Shown here in pieces: positions 11,166 through 22,900 of a stretch of DNA of 34,064 nucleotides. The position numbers and the translations under genes are program-made. How positions within the stretch are numbered: the stretch's first letter is position 1; every line of letters begins with the position of its first letter. Under the pieces are notes generated by a model. That model was not told the origin of the DNA. It did not search any database and saw only the letters and a program-made list of their open reading frames with translations. Source of the DNA: Octopus bimaculoides (Eukaryota); assembly GCF_001194135.2 (NCBI RefSeq), contig NC_068989.1, positions 83,778,519-83,812,582 of the forward strand, written 5' to 3'.

Positions 11166-13504
11166 AAAGAATGAAAGAATAAAAGAATGAAAGAAAAGGT
11201 ACACAACCAGTGCCGAGACAACGGTGAAAACAGTAATGAAGTCACAACCATGTCAACAACTGAATAAACTGCGAAAAAAATTATAGGATAGAAATGATGT
11301 AATCATCACGTAGGTACAAAACAATTACTAAACATAGCAATGAATAAGCAATAAGCAAAAACAACTCGGTAGCAAAACAGGATACGATTATCCAATCGAC
11401 GAACAGACAGGGAAAAACTACAGAACTAAGAAACCATATGCAAATAAAGTTTTCAGAAAAACAACTTCAGAAAAACTGAATCGGGAAAATTATGACTATA
11501 TAAGCAATAGTGAAGTTGACCAGTAAAAATAAATCAACGAATTGGCAAATGAATCGATGGCAACCATAGGTAATGTCTTTAAAAAATGACATTAGAAACC
11601 AGTTGATGCAAACGGTGGACGTAGACAGAAGAATTTAGTCGGTTCAATGTAAATAACAAACGTTTGAATAACAAATGGAGTCAGTTCTCATTTGAGAATA
11701 ATTGGAATTACGTGAAAGTCGAAAAGCGATTCAGTTAAACTTAGTAATACGCTCTAAACCGTGCGGTGTATGTTCTTTTCTTTCCCTTTGTCGTACTGAA
11801 GCGTTTGAATGTGGACACATAACAAACACGCACATATGGATACACATACACACATATAAGCATTCATTCTGTGTTTGTGTGTGCGTGCGTGCGTGTGTGT
11901 GTGTGTGTGTGTGTGTGNNNNNNNNNNNNNNNNNNNNNNNNNNNNNNNNNNNNNNNNNNNNNNNNNNNNNNNNNNNNNNNNNNNNNNNNNNNNNNNNNNN
12001 NNNNNNNNNNNNNNNNNNNNNNNNNNNNNNNNNNNNNNNNNNNNNNNNNNNNNNNNNNNNNNNNNNNNNNNNNNNNNNNNNNNNNNNNNNNNNNNNNNNN
12101 NNNNNNNNNNNNNNNNNNNNNNNNNNNNNNNNNNNNNNNNNNNNNNNNNNNNNNNNNNNNNNNNNNNNNNNNNNNNNNNNNNNNNNNNNNNNNNNNNNNN
12201 NNNNNNNNNNNNNNNNNNNNNNNNNNNNNNNNNNNNNNNNNNNNNNNNNNNNNNNNNNNNNNNNNNNNNNNNNNNNNNNNNNNNNNNNNNNNNNNNNNNN
12301 NNNNNNNNNNNNNNNNNNNNNNNNNNNNNNNNNNNNNNNNNNNNNNNNNNNNNNNNNNNNNNNNNNNNNNNNNNNNNNNNNNNNNNNNNNNNNNNNNNNN
12401 NNNNNNNNNNNNNNNNNNNNNNNNNNNNNNNNNNNNNNNNNNNNNNNNNNNNNNNNNNATATATATATATATATATAAAGAGAGAGAGAGGGGGGAGATA
12501 GTGCAAGACAAAAGAAAGGAAATAAAGACATTAACAGAATGTGTGACAGAGATACAGAAACACAGAAAGAGAAAAAGAGAGATAGCGGTGATGGGGCGGA
12601 TGGTATGCATCTGTGTGTTTAAAATATATCCCAAGAGTGTACGGAGACCGTAAAAAATTCCATAGCCCCCTCCGGTTGTCCATTTCCTACAGTATTTTCT
12701 CCGACATCACGACTTCGCAATGTCGTGATTGCATGCTGGGTAGAAAATGTATTTTTTCAAGACGAAAGTGACATTTTATACTCGAACATTTTCAACAGTA
12801 ATGTAAATATTTTAGACAAATATAACAAGTTTGGGGTGGGATTTGTTCGGTAGATGGGTTTGTGGTGCTTTTATTTCTGTAATATGGCGTGAAATGAAGG
12901 TAAAAACTTGGAGGTTATGTAATAGAACTAAATCTCTACGTTATAATTTTAAATACATTTGATGTGTTTTCATGAATACTTTGGCAAAAGCAGTGTTATT
13001 GTCCGTAATGTCAGAAAGAGTGGATCGTGTCTAGCATGCGAACCTTCAAGCAAAACTGCCTACAATTTGGTTCGATCCATCGCTTGTTATTTGGATCGGT
13101 GGCGCCCTGTCGGAGCACATCGTCGCCATCATCGATATAGCTCTCGATATAGCTCCTCTTCGTCCACAAGCCGATACAGCTCTCCTCCGTTCACAAGCTT
13201 ATTAATTCTTAAGACTTATTTTATCTTAACCTCAAACAACGCCCAAATTACGCAATTGGTGTTAATCATTCAGCCCTAACTCTCCACACCCTAATTCTAA
13301 CCGTACATTTAAGCTAGAAATCTCACCCCAAACCCACACTGATTCCATTGACAGTGTTGTCGAAAACATTTCCTAATGAGGTCATACCAATTCTCCTCAT
13401 TGCAGAATGTTTTTTAACAACATATTCACTGCACATTTCGAGAAAACACTATCACACTTCACTCCATCCCAGCCCGTAAACCACGCGATACTAGGACCCT
13501 CGAT

Positions 13505-14030
13505 GTTTTATCTTAACGATTTTGTCCCCAACAAGGCTTCAAACCAGTGTAGTGTAAGGGACTACAAAAAAAAAAAAAGGAAAGACGGAGCCTACAAATT
13601 CATAAGATGTTGATTGACAGGAAGCTTAAAAGACAGAATAGGAAAGGCCGAGGGACAAGAAGACGATGGGGTGGAGTTCCAGAGAGCAGCAGTTCAAGGA
13701 AAGAAATTATTGGAATAAAATGATTTATGATTAACACGAAATTCAACAGAGAAACAAAGAAAACAAGTGACACGTTTTGACAGATGGAACTATACCAGAA
13801 AGTTCATCAGAGAGAAATGGCTATGGAAATACTTTTTGAAAAAACAAATTTGTAGTGATGATACCTCACTTGAGGGTCTTCATAATAGTAAATATTACAT
13901 CATATAAACTAGCCTGTCTTTTCTACAGTCCTCAACAATTACTAATTCTTAATAAAGTTCAAGCGAAACCTACAATGATATACAGCTCCTACATCTGGAT
14001 ACGTCTGGAGCGGTGCTACTTTTTACAGCC
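13505..14030 (-). mobile_element. CR1/L2-group LINE 3' fragment with an internally inverted 5' segment
   Basis: Minus strand about 13505-13890: KKYFHSH / SDELSGIVP / YSNNFFP*TAALWNSTPSSSCPSAFPILSFKLPVNQ, plus a 3' UTR. Plus strand about 13900-14030: FYSPQQLLILNKVQAKPTMIYSSYIW and YVWSGA, matching the LLLYKAQVRPxMEYCSHIWxGA motif that lies upstream in the same ORF2 type. Confidence 0.65.
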
Positions 14031-14199
14031 CCGACCTTTGTCTTTCCTTGTTAGAGATGGATCTTTTCCTGTTGCTTTCAGTTGATCACTCCCCACTCAC
14101 ACATATTTATTCCTCCCGCGCTCCACAATCAGTCCTCTCCTTCCAGTTCCACTCAAGCCATTGGTAGTTACAGTAGGGCCGGAAGGAGAGGATAGAATA

Positions 14200-14445
14200 T
14201 AATTAATTGACTGAGCTGGTAATGTATCGGAGAAGAATGCAGCGTTAAGTTTGTTCTAATTGTCTGGGTTCTGAGTTCAAATTCTGTTTTAAGATTCATC
14301 CAGTCGATCTCAATCAAAAGTACCACCCCACCGCGGTGGAACGGTAGAACAGTAGAACTACAAGAAAGTCGGATCGGATGTCTTGTGCTATATGTTTTCC
14401 ATTGTATGAATTCTGAGTTCAAATCCCGTTATAGGTTGATAGTGT
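14200..14445 (+). mobile_element. Two very degenerate SINE B-like head remnants
   Basis: TTCTGAGTTCAAAT occurs at about 14268 and about 14410. Confidence 0.35.
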
Positions 14446-14923
14446 GGTAAACTTAATCTATCGACCAGTTTAACACCATCACCTGGTATGTTGGGAGCCA
14501 TTAGCGGAGATCGGTGTCGTAAGCATTTAGATTTGGTTTTGGATCTTGTGAGTAACTTCTTCAAAGCTTAAGTTAACACCAATTTCTATAGGCGCAAGGT
14601 CTTTTTCTTATTCAATTCTGGTTGAGCTATTTCACATAAAATTTCTACAGATTCTTTTATTCTTGTTCTCATATTTTGGTTGTGAAGTCTAAGCATTCAT
14701 TCCATTGCCGGCTGTTTAAATGCTATAAAACAGCCTACGCATGCATACAGACATGTATGTATATATATGTATGTATTACGCGAGTGTATGCGCACATGCG
14801 TCTGTTTGTTTTGTGTCTGCCGAGGTTGTATATATAAACATATATATATATATATGTATATATATATATGTGTGTGTGTGTGTATACATATATATGTATA
14901 TTTGTGTGACATATATATTCATA

Positions 14924-14957
<34 letters not shown>

Positions 14958-15280
14958 NNNNNNNNNNNNNNNNNNNNNNNNNNNNNNNNNNNNNNNNNNN
15001 NNNNNNNNNNNNNNNNNNNNNNNNNNNNNNNNNNNNNNNNNNNNNNNNNNNNNNNNNNNNNNNNNNNNNNNNNNNNNNNNNNNNNNNNNNNNNNNNNNNN
15101 NNNNNNNNNNNNNNNNNNNNNNNNNNNNNNNNNNNNNNNNNNNNNNNNNNNNNNNNNNNNNNNNNNNNNNNNNNNNNNNNNNNNNNNNNNNNNNNNNNNN
15201 NNNNNNNNNNNNNNNNNNNNNNNNNNNNNNNNNNNNNNNNNNNNNNNNNNNNNNNNNNNNNNNNNNNNNNAATCAATCAA

Positions 15281-15524
15281 CGACAGCAACAACAACAGCA
15301 GCAGCAGCAACATTATCACTATCAGCAGCGGTTCCAATATTACGAAGGATAAATTTGAAATTCTTTTAAATTCTAAATCTAGGCTATTTCACCAACATTC
15401 TTAGAACTTTGCACTGGTGGTGGTAGTGGTAGTAGTAGTAGTAGTGTGGTGATGGTAGTAGTAGTAGTGTGGTGGTGGTGGTAATAGTAGTAGTATAGTA
15501 GTAGTGTTATAAGTAGTATTGGTA

Positions 15525-15568
<44 letters not shown>

Positions 15569-15674
15569 TGTAGTTTTAGTAGTGGTAGTAGTAGTAGTAG
15601 AAGTAGTAGTAGTAGTACTTGCTGTTGTTGTTGTTGTGGTTGCAGTAGTAGTGTGGTAATGGTGGTGGTAGCAC

Positions 15675-15715
<41 letters not shown>

Positions 15716-15807
15716 TAGTTGTAATAGTAGTGGTAGTAGTTGTTGTTGTGGTGGTTACAGTAGCGTGGTGATGGTGGTAGTAGTAGCAGCAGCAGCAGCA
15801 GCAGCAC

Positions 15808-15848
<41 letters not shown>

Positions 15849-16740
15849 ATTATTGTTTACAACGTCGTTGCGATTATTGTTGACGTCCTTGTTGTTTAGT
15901 TCTTGTCGCCGCCGCCGCCGTCGTCCTTATCGTTGTTGTTGTTATTGTTTGATGCTGTTGTTGTTGCTGACGATGTTGTTATTGTTGATCTTGTTCTTGT
16001 TAATGGTGTTACTGTCATTGTTGATCTGGTCGTCGTCACCGCTTTCGTTATCCTGTTGTTGCCGTTAATATTTTCTTTTGTTGCAGCTTTAGCTTATTTT
16101 TATGTTTTTACTATTTAACATTCGATGCCATTATTGTTGTTTGCTTTTATTTATATAGTCGTTGTTATTGTTGTTATTATTGTTGTTGCAGCCTTCACTG
16201 CATTTTCTTTTCTTTTTCTTTTGTTTGTTTGTTTCCTTTTTGCTGTTTAACTCTTGTTGCAGTTATTACTGCAGTTGTTCCTGTGCAACTGTATATGATG
16301 TTCTTGGCTGCAGCTGTTCATTTTTGTGGCAGTTGTTCTTTTATCTCGATAGATTTAGTTACAAGTCTCGTTATTTTGTTGTTGTTGTTGTTGTTGTTGT
16401 TGCTGTTGCTGTTGGAAGTGGTGGTTGTGGTAGTGGCGGCAGCGGTGATGGTGGTGATTGTGGTGGTAGTTGTGGTGGTGGTAGTTGTGTTGGTGGTGGT
16501 GTTGGTGGTGGTGGTGGTGGTGGTGGTGGCGAGTGCATAACACTCACATCAGAATGACGAAATGAAATGTTTTTTTTTTTTTTTTTTTTTTTTTGCCATG
16601 ACAACTGTCTTTAAGAACGAAATCCAACCTCCACAGATACCGAAACAAAATAACAGTTGTTGACTGAGATTGGCGACATATACTCACCGCCGCCATCATC
16701 ACCACCGCCACTTTCATCACCGTCCTCCACCCCACCCCCC

Positions 16741-16793
<53 letters not shown>

Positions 16794-16934
16794 GACATCG
16801 TCGTCAGCATCATCATTATCACCATCATCATCATTATCATCATAATCATCATCATCAGCAGCACCAGCATCATCATTATCATCATGGCCAACGCCGTCGT
16901 CATCATCATCATCATCATCATCATCATCGTCATC

Positions 16935-17026
<92 letters not shown>

Positions 17027-17229
17027 CATCATCATCGCCGCCGCCGCCGCCGCCGCCGTCGTCGTCGTCGTCACCAACGTCATCAGGTTCTTCGTACTGG
17101 TTACGATATTGGTAAAAAAAAAAAAAAAGCTTCTTTATGCTTCGATATTGATTGCGGTGCCGTTTCTTGACGATGACAATACAAAAATATTAACAAGAAC
17201 AACAACAACAACCACAGCAACAACAACAA

Positions 17230-17299
<70 letters not shown>

Positions 17300-17347
17300 G
17301 ATGATGATGATGATGATGATGATGATGATAATAATAATAATAATAAA

Positions 17348-17383
<36 letters not shown>
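15281..17383. repeat. 2-kb compound trinucleotide microsatellite domain (AAC/GCA, TAG/GGT, GTT, CAT/CAC/CGC, AAC/AAT/GAT)
   Basis: Directly visible; source of the poly-L, -V, -H, -I and -M ORFs. Confidence 0.95.
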
Positions 17384-18302
17384 NNNNNNNNNNNNNNNNN
17401 NNNNNNNNNNNNNNNNNNNNNNNNNNNNNNNNNNNNNNNNNNNNNNNNNNNNNNNNNNNNNNNNNNNNNNNNNNNNNNNNNNNNNNNNNNNNNNNNNNNN
17501 NNNNNNNNNNNNNNNNNNNNNNNNNNNNNNNNNNNNNNNNNNNNNNNNNNNNNNNNNNNNNNNNNNNNNNNNNNNNNNNNNNNNNNNNNNNNNNNNNNNN
17601 NNNNNNNNNNNNNNNNNNNNNNNNNNNNNNNNNNNNNNNNNNNNNNNNNNNNNNNNNNNNNNNNNNNNNNNNNNNNNNNNNNNNNNNNNNNNNNNNNNNN
17701 NNNNNNNNNNNNNNNNNNNNNNNNNNNNNNNNNNNNNNNNNNNNNNNNNNNNNNNNNNNNNNNNNNNNNNNNNNNNNNNNNNNNNNNNNNNNNNNNNNNN
17801 NNNNNNNNNNNNNNNNNNNNNNNNNNNNNNNNNNNNNNNNNNNNNNNNNNNNNNNNNNNNNNNNNNNNNNNNNNNNNNNNNNNNNNNNNNNNNNNNNNNN
17901 NNNNNNNNNNNNNNNNNNNNNNNNNNNNNNNNNNNNNNNNNNNNNNNNNNNNNNNNNNNNNNNNNNNNNNNNNNNNNNNNNNNNNNNNNNNNNNNNNNNN
18001 NNNNNNNNNNNNNNNNNNNNNNNNNNNNNNNNNNNNNNNNNNNNNNNNNNNNNNNNNNNNNNNNNNNNNTAAATTATGTGCTGTAGAACAAGGTTTAGTA
18101 AGTGGGAGAAGTTCAGGAAAAGAATTTTTAATAAGTATGCAGATATAAAAGATCTGTGTGTCTTTTATTATTTATTAGAGACTTTTATTATCCGGCCTGG
18201 ATTCGCTCGCTATTTCATTAACCGGCTTGAGTTTGCTTGGCAACGAAAGCAACTTAGATCAGGGGCGAATTCTGTTTGTTTAAATCATGTTACATCAGCT
18301 CT

Positions 18303-18687
18303 GGAGGCGCAATGGCCCAGTGGTTAGGGCAGCGGACTCGCGGTCATAGGATCGCGGTTTCGTTTCCCAGATCGAGTGTTGTGAGTGTTTATTGAGCGAA
18401 AACACCTAAAGCTCTAAGAGGCTCCGGCAGGGGATGGTGGCGAACCCTGCTGCACTCTTCCACCACGACTTTCTCTCACTCTCACTTCCTGTTTCTGTTG
18501 TGCCTGTAATTCAAAGGGTCAGCCTTGTCACACTGTGTTACGCTGAATATCCCCGAGAACTACGTTAAGGGTACACGTGTCTGTGGAGTGCTCAGCCACT
18601 TGCACGTTAATTTCACGAACAGGCTGTTCCGTTGATCAGATCAACTGAAACCCCCGCCGTCGTAAGCGACGGAGTGCCAACAACACA
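18303..18687 (+). mobile_element. SINE family D, full length
   Basis: Head GGAGGCGCAATGGCCCAGTGGTTAG...GGTTTCGTTTCCC. 3' hairpins GTTGAT-CAG-ATCAAC and CCGTCG-TAAG-CGACGG. Flanked by ACATCAGCTC (18292-18301) and ACATAAGCTC (18685-18694), a probable TSD at 9/10. Confidence 0.9.
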
Positions 18688-18761
18688 TAAGCTCCAGGAA
18701 GAAACTGCGTTCGTAGCTAGGAACCTGGGGAAAGCGAAACGTGCGGCTAATAAATGATTGT

Positions 18762-18970
18762 GGAGGCGCGTGGCCTAGTGGTTAGTGTGTCAGCACCATG
18801 ATCGTAAGATTGTGGTTTCGATTCCTGGACCGAGCGACGCGTTGTGTTCTTGAGCAAAACACTTCATTTCACGTTGCTCCAGTCCACTCAGCTGGCAAAA
18901 ATGAGTAACGCTGCGATGGACTGGCGTCCCGTCCAGCTGGGGAACACATACGCCATTGAAACCGGGGGCT
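18762..18970 (+). mobile_element. SINE family C
   Basis: A box TGGCCTAGTGG, B box GGTTTCGATTCC, then GTGTTCTTGAGCAAAACACTT...CCAGTCCACTCAGCTGG. Confidence 0.85.
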
Positions 18971-19880
18971 TTAAAAGGGTGCATTTATTTTATTATTAAT
19001 AAATGATTGGTCGAGCATAGTTTTAATCAGCTGCGTGACACACCATAAACGAATGGTCGTTTGGAGCCGATATTGTGAGTGAAATGAANNNNNNNNNNNN
19101 NNNNNNNNNNNNNNNNNNNNNNNNNNNNNNNNNNNNNNNNNNNNNNNNNNNNNNNNNNNNNNNNNNNNNNNNNNNNNNNNNNNNNNNNNNNNNNNNNNNN
19201 NNNNNNNNNNNNNNNNNNNNNNNNNNNNNNNNNNNNNNNNNNNNNNNNNNNNNNNNNNNNNNNNNNNNNNNNNNNNNNNNNNNNNNNNNNNNNNNNNNNN
19301 NNNNNNNNNNNNNNNNNNNNNNNNNNNNNNNNNNNNNNNNNNNNNNNNNNNNNNNNNNNNNNNNNNNNNNNNNNNNNNNNNNNNNNNNNNNNNNNNNNNN
19401 NNNNNNNNNNNNNNNNNNNNNNNNNNNNNNNNNNNNNNNNNNNNNNNNNNNNNNNNNNNNNNNNNNNNNNNNNNNNNNNNNNNNNNNNNNNNNNNNNNNN
19501 NNNNNNNNNNNNNNNNNNNNNNNNNNNNNNNNNNNNNNNNNNNNNNNNNNNNNNNNNNNNNNNNNNNNNNNNNNNNNNNNNNNNNNNNNNNNNNNNNNNN
19601 NNNNNNNNNNNNNNNNNNNNNNNNNNNNNNNNNNNNNNNNNNNNNNNNNNNNNNNNNNNNNNNNNNNNNNNNNNNNNNNNNNNNNNNNNNNNNNNNNNNN
19701 NNNNNNNNNNNNNNNNNNNNNNNNNNNNNNNNNNNNNNNNNNNNNNNNNNNNNNNNNNNNNNNNNNNNNNNNNNNNNNNNNNNNNNNNNNNNNNNNNNNN
19801 NNNNNNNNNNNNNNNNNNNNNNNNNNNNNNNNNNNNNNNNNNNNNNNNNNNNNNNNNNNNNNNNNNNNNNNNNNNNNNNN

Positions 19881-19973
19881 AGTCGACCTCGGCGGAATTT
19901 GAACTCAGAACGTAAAGACAGACGAATTACCGCTAAACATTTCGCTCGGCGTGCTAACGTTTCTGCTAGCTCA
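19881..19973 (-). mobile_element. SINE family B head (3' part lost in gap 19089-19880)
   Basis: AGTCGACCTCGGCGGAATTTGAACTCAGAACG...CGTGCTAACGTTTCTGCTAGCTC. Confidence 0.85.
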
Positions 19974-20012
19974 ATACAGCATAATTAGTTACTTAAAAAT
20001 GACCAACACATG

Positions 20013-20250
20013 TTTCTTATTTCTTTATTGCCCACAAGGGGCTAAACATAGAGGGGACAAACAAGGACAGGCAAAGGGATTAAGTCGATTAGATCGACCC
20101 CAGTGCGTAACTGATACTTAATTTATCGACCCCGAAAGGTTGAAAGGTAAAGTCGACCTCGGCGGAATTTGAACTCAGAACGTAACTGCAGACGAAATAC
20201 CGCTAAGCATTTCGCCCGGCGTGCTTAACGTTTCTGCCAGTTCGCCGCCT
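20013..20250 (-). mobile_element. SINE family B, full length
   Basis: Complete head-to-tail reverse complement with an AATAAAGAAATAAG tail; flanked by CATGTTTCT (20009-20017) and CGTGTTTCT (20252-20260), a probable TSD at 8/9. Confidence 0.9.
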
Positions 20251-20725
20251 TCGTGTTTCTGCTGCACAGAGTATATGCACTTGTGTATGCAATCTACACT
20301 ATTCTGCTATGCACCTTATCTACATTCACGGTTTTTCCACAAGCGTGGTCCGAAGTGAACTGAGTTTTACTAATGCATAGCAAGCTTATTTCATTAATCT
20401 ACTTAGCTTTAAGGTATAAAAGAAAATGAATGGGATATCTTGAAATTTAATGTGGTCACAAAATTATTTCGTCTCTGACCTCGTGTTAACCTTAGTTCTA
20501 AGATGAAACTGAGAGTTCTATGTATTAAATTAGGGCAAAGTATATCCGAGTGTTCTAATATAGCTTCATCTGTGTTAATGGTTCTGGGGTCCATACGGCC
20601 TCTGAGGACCCACATAAGATTTGGAGGTAGGGAGGTTCAAGTAACAAAATATTAAACTGGAGATCCACAATAGTATTTTAAGGGCCCCTGAAAAAGTTTT
20701 CTTTAGATATATGTATTGGTATGTA

Positions 20726-22669
20726 CCGTGTTTCCACGAAAATAAGACTAGGCTTATATTTATTGTCACTCCGGAATGACACACTAGGGAAGTTCGTATT
20801 TTTTTCATGTACTGAAAAACGACATTACGAAATAGAAAATTGGGAAATTACTAAATAAACAGAAATTACGAAAAACGATCTCCATTTACTTGATCATTTA
20901 TATGTTCTTTTACTCAGAAGCTCATTAACAATAATTTATTCAAAAATCCATGTCATTGTCCTCCGGAATGTCATTGTTTTGTGAATTACCGGATTCCAAA
21001 ATTCCTGCATCGTTTTGGTGTGATTCCATTTCCCTGCAGAACTTTCGTCTCCAATCTCTCATCTCAAACAACAGAGATATCATTGAATGAGAAGTTCCTG
21101 TACAGATAGCCAGCTCGGAGTGCATTGGCAACACAGCTGTCTGTGATGTTGTTCCATGAATTTGTCACCGATATCACGACCGCTTGGAGGCTGGGTTTCA
21201 CAAAATTCTCACACTGATTTCTCGCCATTCTGTTTTCAATGTTGTCATTGATTTCCCTGCGTAAATGGTCTTTGAATGGTTTATTTATTGCAATGTCAAA
21301 AGTCTGGAGATAGGCAGTCACTCCTGCGGGTATCATGATTTGATCTATTCTTCTTTCTGCAAGGAAGTTCTTCATATCTTTTGTGCGGTGCGTGCTGGCT
21401 GAATTCCAGACTATCAGACCTCTTTGGCCCCCCCGAAAAATAAGTGGCAGCTTGAAATCGATCCACTTCTTTAAAACTGCCTGTGTACACCATGCCTTTT
21501 CAATTTCCAGAACGCAGATGCCTCAAACGCGTTCAATTTTATCCTTCTTGCTTTTAGCGATGATTAGAGGTGGGGCTTTACTGCCAACGAGACGAATTGC
21601 CAAAATACATGTAACTCGTGCACTTTCATAAGCAGTGGAGGGATTGTAGATTGGCGACGCACCCCTTTGATCAATAGTCGATTGATATCCTTGTCTTATG
21701 AACACTGCAGTTTCATCCATAGTAATCATGTTGGAGAGACGGTATTTAGAAAAATCTATCCCATCAACAAAAGACTTAGATGCAAGTACACGTTTAATAA
21801 TCTCGGTATCTTCCAGTTTGAATAGTGTTGTCGGGCTTCTCAGAGAAAGTTAATGTCGCTGAAGGAAACCATCCAGCCAGTGTTGGGATGCTTTGAATTC
21901 TTCTGGAAATATACCAAACTGTGGTGCATCTGCAAGAGCAAATGCTTGAATAGCAATCCTGCGAACAACCAAAGTATTTTCTCTCCTGTCAGCAATCCAT
22001 TCACAGATGACGTCTTCCAGCTCAGAAAATAGTGGTCGCCGACCTGATCCACACTTGCGTTTCCTTGTATTTCCCTCGTCGACTTGTTGACTGAGTTTAT
22101 CGTAGTCTAGCCGCCATTTTCAAACCATTCGGAGATTCAAACTCTTGAAAACAGTAAGTTTCTTGCACAGTGATTCCTCCACGATTCCTTTCTTGTACTC
22201 AATGGAATAACTCTTTCTTCTTGCATTCATCTTGCCTTGGGGTAAAAATGACCTGACAAATGATTTCCCATTCAATTTCATCATGTTGTTTTCCCGGAGA
22301 TTTTTGCCTTGAAAGAAAATGTGTAACTTATTGGATTTTTGCATCTACTGACCAGTACTGACCACAGATGAAACTGTTACACGACACATTTGAAAGCTCC
22401 GAACATGGGCTGTCAATTGATGTATTGCTTGTAAATATTTGAGCTACGAAAGAGACGCCAGGATAGATTTTGTGACGTCGTTATTTTTAGCCGCCAAAAA
22501 GATAATTTGAACAGTGCATACTCCGCAACCAAGCGGTTTGAATAAATATGAAGAAGCTACTTATTTCTGTCTGTCTCTCGTTCCCAACTAGGGCTTATTT
22601 TAAGGGAAGGGCTTATATTAAAATCATCCTGAAAAACTTACGCTAGGTCTTATTTTCGGGGAAACGCGG
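20726..22669 (-). mobile_element. pogo-superfamily (Tc2/Passer-like, DD35D) DNA transposon, 1944 bp
   Basis: 23-bp TIRs CCGTGTTTCCACGAAAATAAGAC versus CCGCGTTTCCCCGAAAATAAGAC (21/23), TA at 20724-25 and 22670-71, subterminal GGCTTAT repeats, and an internal transposase pseudogene. Confidence 0.9.
20940..22230 (-). pseudogene. Disrupted pogo-type transposase (Brinker-like DBD, CENP-B HTH, DDE_1)
   Basis: MNARRKSYSIEYKKGIV; EEFKASQHWLDGFLQRH*LSLR; NMITMDET; GLIVWNSASTH (second catalytic D to N, codon 21403-21405); IPAGVTAYLQTFDIAINKPFKDHL (third D, 35 residues later). Several stops and frameshifts. Confidence 0.88.
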
Positions 22670-22875
22670 TATTGCAAGAAACAGCTAGATTTCTTTCTCT
22701 AACATTTTACATAGTTCAACCTACACAAGTTAATGTGCGAAAAACAAAATAGGAATTTTGAAAGAAGTTTCTATAAAACTAGTTTTTAAACATGGAATGT
22801 CTATGGGGGTGGGGCCACAAGAATAAAATGATGACGGAAGCTTGATTTATCCAATGTTGACTGCTTCCATTACGG

Positions 22876-22900
22876 CCTAACCCTAACCCTAACCCTAACC
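22876..22900. repeat. Short interstitial (CCCTAA)n telomere-like run
   Basis: CCTAACCCTAACCCTAACCCTAACC; a shorter run lies at 7531-7547. Confidence 0.7.

Noticed and set aside
12694-12748. Hairpin ATCACGAC/GTCGTGAT followed by CTGG as a Helitron 3' end
   Set aside because: No following T and no 5' TC end identified; a single hairpin is insufficient.
18303-18850. SINE heads as genuine tRNA genes
   Set aside because: They have A/B boxes but no complete cloverleaf, and they continue into repeat bodies found in multiple copies.
108-19902. Long ORFs in the track (poly-H, -V, -L, -I, -M and X-filled ORFs)
   Set aside because: They are translations of microsatellites and N gaps, with no domain motifs or credible splice structure.
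20560-22830. Flanks of the pogo element as a hAT-like MITE that it interrupted
   Set aside because: Only GGGGTCC-type motifs are present; no TIR pair or 8-bp TSD could be found.
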